Below are positions 1 through 9,347 of a stretch of DNA of 64,000 nt, piece after piece. Position numbers and translations under genes: made by a program. The notes below the pieces were generated by a model. It saw only the letters and a list, made by a program, of their open reading frames with translations, was not told the DNA's origin and searched no databases. The stretch comes from Chromatiaceae bacterium (lineage in GTDB: Bacteria; Pseudomonadota; Gammaproteobacteria; Chromatiales; Chromatiaceae), in the NCBI GenBank assembly GCA_022340195.1, contig JAJDOL010000276.1, positions 5,565 through 69,564 on the forward strand. The letters run 5' to 3'. Within the stretch, counting starts at the first letter, position 1, and each line of letters opens with the position of its first letter.

Positions 1-386
1 GTGATGGAGCGGGCGTCCTCGACGACGTGGCGATTGGTAAGCACATAGCCGCGACCCGCATCGACAATGAACCCGGAACCGACGCTCTGGCGATGACCAT
101 TGCTCGGCTGCTCGGGAAACGGCAGGTCGAATCTTTCTAGAAAGCGACGGAACTCCGGATCGCGAAGGAAGGGGTGCTCCTCGTTGGACAACCGAGACTC
201 CACGGAGATGTTGACCACCGCCGGCGTAACGCGGCGTAACAAGGGAGCCAGCGTTGGGTAGCCGCTTCCGCGGTAAGGAATATCCGCGATAGCCGGTGCT
301 TCGCTAGGTTGGAAAACGGGAGCGCAGGCGCCGAGGAGCAGGCCCAGGAGAATGAACAGGCGAAAGACGGGACGCGGACAGCGCAT
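1..386 (-). CDS. HtrA/DegQ-family periplasmic serine protease, N-terminal part (runs off window edge)
   Basis: Hand translation: MRCPRPVFRLFILLGLLLGAC...PTLAPLLRRVTPAVVNISV...HPFLRDPEFRRF...QSVGSGFIVDAGRGYVLTNRHVVEDA. The PAVVNI, GSGFIV and TNxHVV motifs are typical of HtrA. Not listed in the ORF track. Confidence 0.9.
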   Translation of the reverse strand, partial: MRCPRPVFRLFILLGLLLGACAPVFQPSEAPAIADIPYRGSGYPTLAPLLRRVTPAVVNISVESRLSNEEHPFLRDPEFRRFLERFDLPFPEQPSNGHRQSVGSGFIVDAGRGYVLTNRHVVEDARSI

Positions 387-560
387 CGCAATAGGGTGAA
401 TTATAAGGCGCGGATGGGATTCATTATGGGCCAAGCGGGTGGTACAGGCCACTGCGAAGTACCTTCAGTGCAGCAAAGGGGCAGGGGAACGGCACCGATC
501 TCCCCGCCCTTGCCGGAGTAAATAGGGAATCAGCAGGTACCTGGTTCGCCCGGGCGCAAC

Positions 561-1805
561 TCAACAGCTTCCACCCGGACAGAGGCGGGACAAGTCGGGT
601 GCATTGGCGAGGCCGTTCGCGACCTGCAGACGAAAATTGTAAGACACGGGCTGATTGATAAGCAGACTAAATGGCTCCCACCGCCCACCGCGGTTCACGA
701 ATCCCGCATAACAGCTCACACCGCGCAGGGTGCCAGTCTTCGCACGCACCCCAGCGTTTTGCTTTGGTAATAGCTCTTTGTAGGGGGCAAAGGCGCTTAC
801 CACGTCCAAGAGCTGGCGGGCGCTCAGGCGATTGCCGCGGGACAGTCCGGCGCCGTCATCGATTCGGTAACCTCGCCAGCCGAAGGTCTGGTCCACCCAA
901 TGAGAGAAGGCCCCCTGCGCGTCGGACATACTGAGTGGGCGGCCGTTGCTCTTATCCGCCAGTTTCAGGAACAAGGCGTTGGCAATGAAGTTGTTGGAGT
1001 ACTCGAGCATCGCGGAGACCACGGACTGCAGATCACGGCTGTTCTCGTGGCTGTATACCTTCTCGGCCCGCGAGGGAACGGAGCCGTCGCGCGGGTCGCC
1101 GTCCACGTGGATCCCGGCTTGCACCAGCTTGGCGCTCAGGATCTCGCCGAAGTAGCGCACCGCCTTGTCCCGATCCTCGAGGTTCACGCGGTGTTCGCCA
1201 GTCCCCAACTGCTGTCCGAACCGGCGAGCCATGGGAGTAAGGGGGGTCTGTGCCTCTGCGCTGCGCACCTTCCCGCCACGGTTCACGACGTTGACGGTAT
1301 TGAAGTTGGCCGCCAGGGCGGTCACCGGCGCGTCGTAGGGGTTGTCGCTGGACGAGCGCCCGCTGATCTCGACGCTTGGATGGAAGTAGTTGTCGTCCGT
1401 ACCTATCCCCGCGATCTCCCGGACACCACGCGCCTTGAGTGCCTTGGCGATGAGGTCGAGCTCCTCGGATACGAGGTAGGGATCGCCGTAGCCCTTCACC
1501 CAGAGCCGATTATCGTGGCCGAGAAAGAAGTCCGTGGAGAAACGGTGATCCAGCCCCCAGCGCTCGATGGCCGCGAGCGCTGTCAGGATCTTCATGGTGG
1601 AGGCGGGAACCATGGCCCGGTCCGGATGATGGCTGATGACCACGCGCCCACGCTCTTCGACTAGTAGACTCGCCTTGGGCAGCTTCAGGGCACTGAATAC
1701 GGCGTCTTCCGAGCCGGCTATTGCCGGATTCGAGCTTGCCGCCAGGGTCAAGCCGACCGCAAGGGCGACGCCTGGAATAAATACCGATGCAGATCCGAGT
1801 CGCAT
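561..1805 (-). CDS. dacB: D-alanyl-D-alanine carboxypeptidase/endopeptidase (PBP4, peptidase S13)
   Basis: PASTMK (SxxK), YSNN (SxN), DGAGLSR and AKTGTL (KTG) motifs. Start placed at ATG 1805 ahead of a signal peptide. Confidence 0.9.
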   Translation of the reverse strand: MRLGSASVFIPGVALAVGLTLAASSNPAIAGSEDAVFSALKLPKASLLVEERGRVVISHHPDRAMVPASTMKILTALAAIERWGLDHRFSTDFFLGHDNRLWVKGYGDPYLVSEELDLIAKALKARGVREIAGIGTDDNYFHPSVEISGRSSSDNPYDAPVTALAANFNTVNVVNRGGKVRSAEAQTPLTPMARRFGQQLGTGEHRVNLEDRDKAVRYFGEILSAKLVQAGIHVDGDPRDGSVPSRAEKVYSHENSRDLQSVVSAMLEYSNNFIANALFLKLADKSNGRPLSMSDAQGAFSHWVDQTFGWRGYRIDDGAGLSRGNRLSARQLLDVVSAFAPYKELLPKQNAGVRAKTGTLRGVSCYAGFVNRGGRWEPFSLLINQPVSYNFRLQVANGLANAPDLSRLCPGGSC

Positions 1806-1924
1806 AGCGGTGACCCATGGGAAAAGCCGTTCACACCTCTGATGATGCATTTTCAAATCCGCTGTGCCATTTTTTGTTGCAAAGATCACCTGCGGGGTAT
1901 CCTGGCTCCAGGGACGTTCCTCGG

Positions 1925-2620
1925 TCAACATGCGTTTGCGTAAACATCAAGCAAGGGCGCGAGATTCAAGTGCTTGGCGATTCGCCGTGGCTCGGGGGTC
2001 GCCATCCAAGGCACCACGCCCAGACAGGGCGCGTCGATCAGGGCCGCCAGGGTGGCCAGGTTCTCATCGCGTACCAGCATATCCGGATCGGTCTGGTTCG
2101 CGATCCAGCCGGCGAACCGGACCGCGGACGCCCTGATACTCTCCACCGTCAGCAGGCTGTGGTTGATGCAACCGAGCCTGATTCCCGACACCAGGACTAC
2201 CGGCAAATCCAGGGCGAGCGGAAGATCGCACGCCGAAAGGGAGGGACCGAGGGGAACGCGCCAGCCACCGACTCCCTCCACCACCAGCCAATCACATCCG
2301 GCGGCCAACCGCTCCGTACCCGTCTTGATGACCTCGAGATCGATCTCTACGCCCGCCTGACCGGCCGCAATGTGGGGTGCGACCGGCGGCTCGAACGCGT
2401 AGGGGTTCACCAACTCGTAGGGGACGTCGCGGCTGCCCTGTGCCTGGAGCCGCCAGGCATCCTCGTTGCGCAGGCCTTCGGCGGTGCGTTCGCATCCGGA
2501 CGCCACGGGCTTCATTCCGAGCGTCGTCAAGCCGCTTTGTTGCAGGGACTCCATCAGCGCGAGCGCGATTTCGGTCTTTCCGCAATCCGTATCCGTACCT
2601 GTGACAAACACGCCCTTCAC
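1925..2620 (-). CDS. bioD: dethiobiotin synthase
   Basis: VFVTGTDTDCGKT P-loop, KPVASG, VEGVGG, LGCINH; last gene of bio operon. Confidence 0.97.
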   Translation of the reverse strand: MKGVFVTGTDTDCGKTEIALALMESLQQSGLTTLGMKPVASGCERTAEGLRNEDAWRLQAQGSRDVPYELVNPYAFEPPVAPHIAAGQAGVEIDLEVIKTGTERLAAGCDWLVVEGVGGWRVPLGPSLSACDLPLALDLPVVLVSGIRLGCINHSLLTVESIRASAVRFAGWIANQTDPDMLVRDENLATLAALIDAPCLGVVPWMATPEPRRIAKHLNLAPLLDVYANAC

Positions 2621-3486
2621 AGCTCGAATGCTCGCCCTCGCCCTATGGCGCTGATCGGTACGGCTACACCGCCCTCCACCTGACGCTGCTCGGGAGCCCA
2701 GGCGTGACCATGGACGACCTCGTAGCTTGCTGGAAGGCGGCCATTTCTGCGGTGAGTCTCGTACGCTTGTTCCACCGCTGCAAGGCGTCGTCGGCTGGTG
2801 AGTCCTCGGGAGCGCTCGCTGGTGGAATTGTGGGCCCCCAGCACTTTTAGGTCCCGCATCAATTCGCCCGCCTTGTCGTAGGTGACGGTCAGTCGCTCGG
2901 CGTCAATTACCGGATCGGCGAATCGGGCGCGCACCAAGGCATCACCGACATCATGCATGTCCAGGAAAGGGCTGACGTGCGAATGCCCGTCAGCGGCAGC
3001 CCAGGCGTCGCGCAGCTCCCAGAGCGTATCGGGTCCGAAGGTGGTAAACATCAATAGACCGCCTGGGCGCAGCACACGCAGGCACTCGCCGAACGTCCCC
3101 TGGATGTCGTTGCACCACTGCAGGGTGGCGTTTGAAACGACGAGGTCCACGCTGGCGTCGGCAAGCGGCAGGGCTTCGACGTCCGCGCACACGCAGCGCG
3201 GGCGGTTGAGCCAGGAGCCCCGGTCCCGCGCCCGGTGGAGCATCGCCAGCGCGAAGTCCAGCGCCAGGATGCGAGCCCGGCGGTAGCGTTTCTGAAGACC
3301 CTCGATCGCGTAGCCGGTCCCGGCACCCAAATCCAGCACCAGTCGTGGGTCCAGGCGGACATAGTCCAGGCGCTCGAGCATTCGATCGGCCATCTCCCGT
3401 TGGAGCACGGCGGCTCCGTCGTAGCCGTCTGCAGCCTGGTCGAAGGAGCGGCGCGCGGAATTCTTATCGATAGGGCCGGTATTCAA
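2617..3486 (-). CDS. bioC: malonyl-ACP O-methyltransferase
   Basis: SFDQAADGYD, VLDLGAGTG SAM motif, TFGPDTLWEL, F(L)DMHDVGD; operon context. Confidence 0.96.
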   Translation of the reverse strand: MNTGPIDKNSARRSFDQAADGYDGAAVLQREMADRMLERLDYVRLDPRLVLDLGAGTGYAIEGLQKRYRRARILALDFALAMLHRARDRGSWLNRPRCVCADVEALPLADASVDLVVSNATLQWCNDIQGTFGECLRVLRPGGLLMFTTFGPDTLWELRDAWAAADGHSHVSPFLDMHDVGDALVRARFADPVIDAERLTVTYDKAGELMRDLKVLGAHNSTSERSRGLTSRRRLAAVEQAYETHRRNGRLPASYEVVHGHAWAPEQRQVEGGVAVPISAIGRGRAFEL

Positions 3487-4259
3487 TATGAGACCTCCCG
3501 AAGGAAGCTCGCGATTTCTCTCCCTGCCTCTTGCGGATGCGATAGAAAAGGTGCGTGGGCGGCGCCAGCGATTACATGCTGTCTCCCCCCGGAAACCAGA
3601 ACGGCAATGCCCTCGCGCGCTGCGGATGGGACCAGCGTGTCGCGCTGCCCGAACAGCCAGAGGGTTGGACAGGCTAGCGCACCAATTCTTTCGCGCAGAT
3701 CGCTGTCCCGCAGAATATCTAGCCCCATCTCCAGGGCGGCCGGACTCGGTTCTGGTCGTTGCGCGATCTCACGACGCAGAATCCGCAGGCTGTCTCTCGC
3801 CGCCTCGCTGCCCATCACCTGCAGCGCGAGGAAGCGGTCCAAGGTCCCCGCGGGATCGGCCAACAGGCTATCGTGAAATTGCGCCAATACGCCGGCATCC
3901 ATCGCCGCTGGCCAATTCGGCAAACGCACAAAACAGGGCGTAGCTGTCAGGAGGATCAGGGCACTGATCCGCTCCGGTGCGCGCAACGCCGCCTCCAGGG
4001 CGATCAGCCCACCAAGGGACCAACCGATCCAGACCGCCCGCTCGGGTGCGGCCTCCAGGCAGGCGTCGGCCCAGGCTTCGCGACTGTCGTGGCGAAGCTG
4101 GAACGGGCTCGCGCCGTGACCGGGCAGCTCGATGCGCCAAAGGCGCCGGTCCGACCCGAGTGTGGTTGGTAGCCCATCCCACACCGCGGCGTTCATGCCC
4201 CAGCCGTGGATCAGCACCAAGTCCGGTCCGGATCCCTCGTACTGCACCGACAGACTCAT
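3483..4259 (-). CDS. bioH: pimeloyl-ACP methyl ester esterase
   Basis: [16 protein letters not shown] nucleophile elbow, [12 protein letters not shown] 4259 overlaps the bioF stop (ATGA). Confidence 0.95.
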   Translation of the reverse strand: MSLSVQYEGSGPDLVLIHGWGMNAAVWDGLPTTLGSDRRLWRIELPGHGASPFQLRHDSREAWADACLEAAPERAVWIGWSLGGLIALEAALRAPERISALILLTATPCFVRLPNWPAAMDAGVLAQFHDSLLADPAGTLDRFLALQVMGSEAARDSLRILRREIAQRPEPSPAALEMGLDILRDSDLRERIGALACPTLWLFGQRDTLVPSAAREGIAVLVSGGRQHVIAGAAHAPFLSHPQEAGREIASFLREVSY

Positions 4260-5449
4260 AGTGCCGCCGCCATCTCCGCCTGGGGAAGATGGCACCGAAG
4301 TCTGGCGAGCGCGTCCAGCAACCGGTCGACGTCCCTCTCGTCGTGAACGGCGGAAAAAGTAATCCGCAGTCGTGCCGAGCCTTCCGGAACGGTTGGTGGC
4401 CGGATGGCGCTGACCAGGATGCCCTGTGCCTCGAGACTCCGGCTCCAAGACAGGGCCTGCTCGGCCGTGCCGGCGACCAGGGGCTGGATGGGCGTACCTG
4501 AATCCATGAGCGGCAGGCCCAGCGCGGCGGCGCCCACGCGGAAGCGCCGGATCAACTCACGCAGGCGTTCACGACGCCAGGACTCGCGCCTGGCTATGCG
4601 CAGGCTTTCCCTGGTCGCCTCCGCGATGGCCGGGGGCGGCGCGGTCGTGTAGATATAGCTACGCGCGCGCTGAATCAGGGTTTCGATCAGCTCTTCGCCG
4701 CCTGCGACAAAGGCACCCGAGGTGCCGAACGCCTTGCCCAGCGTACCCACCAGAATGGGCACCTCGGCCTGTTCTAGACCCATATGATCAAGGCTGCCGC
4801 GACCCTCCTCTCCGAGCACGCCCAAGCCGTGAGCGTCATCCACCAAAAGCCAGGCACCCGTACGCTCGGCCACGCAGGCGAGATCCGGAAGCGGTGCCAG
4901 ATCTCCATCCATGCTAAAGACGCCGTCGGTGGCGATGAGCCGAGCGTTGCACTCTTCCGACAACTGGCCCTCCAACATGCCGGACAGCGCCTGCGGATCT
5001 GCATGCGCATAGCGCCGCAGACGTGCCCGACTGAGCAGGGCTCCATCGAGCAGGGAGGCGTGGTTCAATCGGTCTTCGAAGACCTGGTCTCCGCGACCTG
5101 CGAGCGCGGAGATCACGCCGACATTCGCCATATAACCCGTGGAAAAGAGCAGGGCGCGCGGCCTTTTCGTGAAGTCCGCAAGCTCCTCTTCCAGGGCCTG
5201 ATGCGCGGCGCTGTGGCCCGTGACCAAGTGGGCCGCCCCACTGCCGACTCCGTAGGCGTCCGCCCCCCGCTTGAGCGCGGCTATCACCTGCGGGTGGTTG
5301 GCCAATCCCAGGTAGTCGTTGCTGCAGAAGGCGAGCATTCGCCGTCCGTCGACCAGGGGGCGCGCTCCCTGGGGGCTTTCGAGCACTCGTGGTCTGCGGT
5401 ACAGATGCGTCTCGCGCAAGCGTTTCAAACCCAATGCGAGGTGCTTCAT
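4256..5449 (-). CDS. bioF: 8-amino-7-oxononanoate synthase
   Basis: [39 protein letters not shown] (PLP Lys), IRPPTVP. Confidence 0.97.
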   Translation of the reverse strand: MKHLALGLKRLRETHLYRRPRVLESPQGARPLVDGRRMLAFCSNDYLGLANHPQVIAALKRGADAYGVGSGAAHLVTGHSAAHQALEEELADFTKRPRALLFSTGYMANVGVISALAGRGDQVFEDRLNHASLLDGALLSRARLRRYAHADPQALSGMLEGQLSEECNARLIATDGVFSMDGDLAPLPDLACVAERTGAWLLVDDAHGLGVLGEEGRGSLDHMGLEQAEVPILVGTLGKAFGTSGAFVAGGEELIETLIQRARSYIYTTAPPPAIAEATRESLRIARRESWRRERLRELIRRFRVGAAALGLPLMDSGTPIQPLVAGTAEQALSWSRSLEAQGILVSAIRPPTVPEGSARLRITFSAVHDERDVDRLLDALARLRCHLPQAEMAAAL

Positions 5450-5490
5450 CCGAATCCCATGAAAACGCGTCGATCGAATGGAAACGGGGA

Positions 5491-6495
5491 TCAAACAGCT
5501 TGTCGGGTACAGGGGCCGGGCGCGCTCCGCTCTGCCGTATCGACCGTTTCGAACGAGAGCCCCAGACGCTCGAACAGCCGCTCATCGTGGTCGGTTTCGG
5601 CGTTCGGGGTAGTCAGGAGGCGCTCGCCGTAGAATATCGAGTTGGCGCCGGCCAGAAAGCACAGGGCCTGGAGCTCGTCGCTCATGTCCGAGCGCCCTGC
5701 TGACAGACGCACATAGGATCCCGGCATCAGGATGCGCGCCACCGCGATCGTCCGCACGAACTCGAAGGGGTCCAGGGCGTCGGCGCCAAAAAGAGGCGTT
5801 CCTTCTACCTGAACCAACAGATTGATGGGTACGGACTCGGGATGCCGGGGCAGGTTCGCAAGTTGGCTCAGCATGGAGGCGCGATCCCGTCGCGACTCGC
5901 CCATGCCCAGGATGCCGCCACTGCACATGCGGATGCCCGCCCGCCGCACGTGATCCAGGGTTTCCAAGCGATCCTGGAAGGTGCGTGTGGTGATAACCTG
6001 GCCGTAAAATTCCGGCGAGGTATCCAGATTGTGATTGTAGTAATCGAGACCGGCCGCAGCGAGCCTGAGCGCCTGTGAGTCGGTCAGCATACCCAGCGTA
6101 ACGCAGGTCTCCATGCCCAGGTTGCTTACCCCCTCGATCATCTCGATGACCTGATCCAGGTTCCGGTCGGTGGGATTGCGCCAGGCCGCGCCCATGCAAA
6201 AGCGGGTTGAGCCATTGTCCTTGGCCGCTTGGGCGGCCTCCAGCACCTCCTCCACCGGAAGCAGTCGCTCGCGTTCCAACCCCGTATCGTTCGTTGCGCT
6301 CTGAGAGCAGTAGCCGCAATCCTCCGGGCAGGCACCCGTCTTGATGCTGAGCAGAGTGCTTACCTGAACCCGGTTGGGATCGAAGTGGGCTCGGTGGACG
6401 GATTGGGCGCGAAACAGCAAATCGTTGAAGGGCTGGTCGAGGAGTGCGGCGATCTCGTTGATCGACCAGTCGTGGCGGGTCTCGTTGATTGTCAT
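5491..6495 (-). CDS. bioB: biotin synthase (radical SAM)
   Basis: [16 protein letters not shown] (CxxxCxxC), [14 protein letters not shown]. Start placed at MTINETRH. Confidence 0.97.
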   Translation of the reverse strand: MTINETRHDWSINEIAALLDQPFNDLLFRAQSVHRAHFDPNRVQVSTLLSIKTGACPEDCGYCSQSATNDTGLERERLLPVEEVLEAAQAAKDNGSTRFCMGAAWRNPTDRNLDQVIEMIEGVSNLGMETCVTLGMLTDSQALRLAAAGLDYYNHNLDTSPEFYGQVITTRTFQDRLETLDHVRRAGIRMCSGGILGMGESRRDRASMLSQLANLPRHPESVPINLLVQVEGTPLFGADALDPFEFVRTIAVARILMPGSYVRLSAGRSDMSDELQALCFLAGANSIFYGERLLTTPNAETDHDERLFERLGLSFETVDTAERSAPGPCTRQAV

Positions 6496-6575
6496 AGGCT
6501 CGTCGTCCGGGTTTGCGATCGGAGGGAAAAAATACTGCACCGCACCAAGCTGCAGGTTAATGGTTTTCAAACGGC

Positions 6576-6606
6576 TGTCAACTTTGCGTGAAGGCTGAAG
6601 TTTACC
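6576..6606. promoter_or_regulatory. probable BirA operator (biotin box)
   Basis: TGTCAAC-N17-GTTTACC imperfect inverted repeat about 80 bp upstream of bioB, resembling the gammaproteobacterial TGTAAAC-N16-18-GTTTACA consensus. Confidence 0.7.
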
Positions 6607-6620
6607 ACTCGTCCGGCATA

Positions 6621-6995
6621 CTGGCCGACAAGATCTTCGCCAACGTCTTGTTGATATTTCTGGCCTGCTCCCACCCGGGGTGGATTTCGCTTTGGATGGT
6701 GCTCTTGCTGGTGGCGCGGGAATATGCGGTGCAGGGATTCCGCAGCGTGACGCCCTGCTTGGGGGTGGTCATCTCCACCGGCAGACTGAACAAGCTCAAG
6801 CTGGTGCTTCAGCTCGTTGCTGTCGGCATCGCGCTTGTCGGATTGGGTTGGTCGGCCGTGGCCTGGCTCCTGAAACCGGCTGCCTGGATCGCTCTCGGTC
6901 TCGCGCTGTTGAGCGCCTACGCTTCAATGTACACCCTGTTTCGGGACAACGCGGATCTCTGGGGACGCGCGCAAATCGACATGGAAAAACGTCGA
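6621..6995 (+). pseudogene. 5'-truncated CDP-alcohol phosphatidyltransferase (PgsA-like) fragment
   Basis: LADKIF...[10 protein letters not shown]...[15 protein letters not shown] resembles the C-terminal half of PgsA. The DxxDGxxAR motif region is absent. The frame runs on through a CGA at 6993 into the opposite-strand DUF2892 gene. Confidence 0.65.
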
Positions 6996-7136
6996 GCTTC
7001 CGGTTTGCTAGAGAATCGGGGGAACAGCGCACCGATCGTGAACGAGCGGAGGTCTTATCGAAGACACGCCACCTCCGCCATCCTAGTTCACGGTGCGAAC
7101 AGTACGCCAGGCATACGCCCGGCGTACAGGGCTCCA

Positions 7137-7331
7137 TCAGGCGGTTTTTCGGTCCTTCGTTGTGCGGATACCGAAGGGCAGGTAAGCGGGACACCATCCC
7201 ATGAGGGCGGTGGCCAGGGGGATAGCGCCAATGGCGCCCCACCAGTTCTGGGCGTACAGGCCCCATCCGATCAGCGCCAGCCCGGCGACGATGCGAATCA
7301 CCTTATCGATATTGCCTACGTTCTGTTTCAT
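7137..7331 (-). CDS. DUF2892 (YgaP-like) small inner-membrane protein
   Basis: MKQNVGNIDKVIRIVAG...GAIPLATALMGWCPAYLPFGIRT: NVGxxDR/K and WCPxY signature. Confidence 0.9.
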   Translation of the reverse strand: MKQNVGNIDKVIRIVAGLALIGWGLYAQNWWGAIGAIPLATALMGWCPAYLPFGIRTTKDRKTA

Positions 7332-7391
7332 TCTCTGTGCGCTCCAGTAATCTGATTGGCGAAATAAAGAGTATCAACGACGATTGCCTTG

Positions 7392-7550
7392 GGGCTGTTG
7401 ACAATTGCCGTTCACGGTCCGATTACGGTCCTTTTCCGCGCTAACCGCGTTGCGGCTCGTCGCAATAGGCCCGCTATTCCTCCTCACCGCGCCTTGTCAG
7501 CACGAAAAATGCCTCGCAATCGCCCTCGATCAGGCAAATGTCAACAGCCC
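7392..7550. mobile_element. 159-bp MITE-like element with 18-bp terminal inverted repeats
   Basis: GGGCTGTTGACAATTGCC (7392-7409) and GGCAAATGTCAACAGCCC (7533-7550) are 17/18 complementary. The interior is also self-complementary and non-coding. Confidence 0.75.
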
Positions 7551-7772
7551 TTAGGCTTCTATGACTAGGACGGATCTTTGCCGCGACCGGTTCCCTTGCC
7601 AATGCTGCCGAGCCTGTCGTGCATGGCCGACCAAGCCGACTGCTTGGTTTCCGGCGAGTGCGCCGCAGATTGCGCCGGGATTTCGTTCGTCTTCAAGGTG
7701 CGGCAACGGGTGCATAGTCGAGCTCCGCAACTGTTGTTGCAACGTGAAATCACCTAAAGCCGCACGGAAGAC

Positions 7773-8960
7773 TCAATCCGGCGGGAAGACCAGCCGCACG
7801 CCCGAAAAGTTGAACCTGTCGCCGGGCGCGCCCCGGTTGCGAAAGCTCGCGCGGCGCCGGCAGCGCTGAGTGTGGAGGCTCGCCCCGCGCAGGCTGTATT
7901 GATCACCGCCGAAGTCGGCCTCTGAGACCGAAGAGTCCGGGAAGGGGCGGAATTGGGGATAGGGGTGGAAGGGGTTTGCACACCATTCCCATACCTGCCC
8001 GATCCCCTCGATGCGGCCTGATCGTGCGGCCACCTCCCACTGATACTCGTGCTGCAGCACCGCCCCGCGTAGCTCCTCGCCAAGGCTTGCGACCCAGGCC
8101 GCGAAGGCATTGGCCTCGTAATAGGCTAATCCGGAAACGGGCTGGTCGGGCTGCAAATCCACGGCTCCGTTGAGCCCTATGCCGTACCAGCGTCCCGAAC
8201 GGTCGCGGCGCCAGTGCAGGGGGGCGGCGGCGTTCGAGCCTTGTCGCCACCGTCGTCCTTCCTCGCTCCAGTAGGCGTTGTTTTCATATCCGCCAGCCTC
8301 TATAAACGCAAGGTACTCGGAGTTGCTCGCGGGCTGCCTCGCAATGCGAAAGCCGGACAGCTCCACGGCCTGGGGTGGTAGCTCGTTGTCGTAGGCATTG
8401 GGCTGATCTCGGGATCCGATCCGGAAGTGGCCCTGATCGGCTGCAACAAGATCCGCCCTTGGAAGCCTCGCGTCTAATGCCTGCTGCACCTGATAGCCCA
8501 TGTTCTGATGCTGTATACCACGCGCGTGTACCACCATCAGCATTAGCTCGTAGTCGCGGGCGGCTTCCTGAAGTAGAAACCACTGCAATCGGTCGTACTG
8601 CAGCAGGGGACTGGCCGCGAAAGCCCCCGGCGTTGCTAGCCGGCGCAAGTGCTCGTCCTGGATCTCGGCCGCCCATTTGAGCAGGTGCTCCGGCGGAGGG
8701 AGTCGGTTGCATTGATCTCGGAGGTCCATGGCGTCGGTTGCAAAAAGGGGACGCACCCGATCGGTAAGGTCGCTATCACCGGCGAGGATCTCCCGCAGCC
8801 AGAAAGTCTCGCGGAAGACCGAGCGACCGAGATACCAGCCGAGTGAGGCGAGCTGAGGATCGAAGCGCCTGTTTGCATCGGTCGCAGGAACGCTGCGCAA
8901 GAGATCGCGCATCAACAGCTGCAGGCTTCCTAGCGCGGCGAGGATCGTCGGGGATGTCAT
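7773..8960 (-). CDS. EgtB-like protein (DinB-like + FGE/sulfatase-modifying domain) with atypical metal site
   Basis: AYDNELPPQ, YLAFIEAGGY, PVSGLAYYEANAFAAW, HEYQWEVAA, VWEWC, LRGAS...RASFRN...FSGVRL are EgtB/FGE-domain motifs. N-terminal DinB-like part WYLGR...QEAARDYE. Confidence 0.85.
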   Translation of the reverse strand: MTSPTILAALGSLQLLMRDLLRSVPATDANRRFDPQLASLGWYLGRSVFRETFWLREILAGDSDLTDRVRPLFATDAMDLRDQCNRLPPPEHLLKWAAEIQDEHLRRLATPGAFAASPLLQYDRLQWFLLQEAARDYELMLMVVHARGIQHQNMGYQVQQALDARLPRADLVAADQGHFRIGSRDQPNAYDNELPPQAVELSGFRIARQPASNSEYLAFIEAGGYENNAYWSEEGRRWRQGSNAAAPLHWRRDRSGRWYGIGLNGAVDLQPDQPVSGLAYYEANAFAAWVASLGEELRGAVLQHEYQWEVAARSGRIEGIGQVWEWCANPFHPYPQFRPFPDSSVSEADFGGDQYSLRGASLHTQRCRRRASFRNRGAPGDRFNFSGVRLVFPPD

Positions 8961-9066
8961 TGTTGGGGACCGCTTCAAGGGACGACGTGGATTAGGTGCC
9001 CGGTGGCAGTTTGTCGGCATTATGCCTTACTGCGTTGTTGCGCAGGAGAACCGGACTCAGTCAGTC

Positions 9067-9095
9067 TTGGCACTCATCGGAGGATGGGCTATAGT
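9067..9095 (+). promoter_or_regulatory. sigma70-type promoter upstream of leuA leader
   Basis: TTGGCA-17 bp-TATAGT. Confidence 0.55.
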
Positions 9096-9122
9096 CGGTC
9101 CGTCGTATCCAAACCGATTACC

Positions 9123-9230
9123 ATGTCGAGCACGATTGCACACCAGACGGCGCAATCCTTTGCGTCCCAGCCGGTGGCGGGCCCTCTCCCGCTGCGTCGG
9201 CTCCTGCTCGCGCCTCCGCTGCTGCCCTGA
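9123..9230 (+). CDS. putative leuA leader peptide (35 aa, Leu-rich C-terminus)
   Basis: MSSTIAHQTAQSFASQPVAGPLPLRRLLLAPPLLP*: 7 Leu in the last 14 codons and none before; followed by competing hairpins; directly upstream of leuA. Confidence 0.5.
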   Translation: MSSTIAHQTAQSFASQPVAGPLPLRRLLLAPPLLP

Positions 9231-9347
9231 GGGGCAACAGAATACACAAGCCCCGGCGGGGGCCAGACGGCACGCAACATCCCAATCGAACGAGTTGATC
9301 ATCGTTTCCGCCGCGAGCGGCGGATGCGTCGATGCGAGAGCGAGCAC

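Noticed and set aside
475-511. GC hairpin downstream of dacB as a terminator
   Set aside because: Imperfect stem with only a 3-nt U tail; not confidently a terminator
1925-6495. bioA absent from the biotin operon
   Set aside because: bioBFHCD with unlinked bioA is a common gammaproteobacterial arrangement
6588-7355. 255-aa ORF as an intact gene
   Set aside because: Start lies inside the BirA box, the catalytic N-half is missing and the 3' part is antisense to DUF2892; treated as a pseudogene fragment
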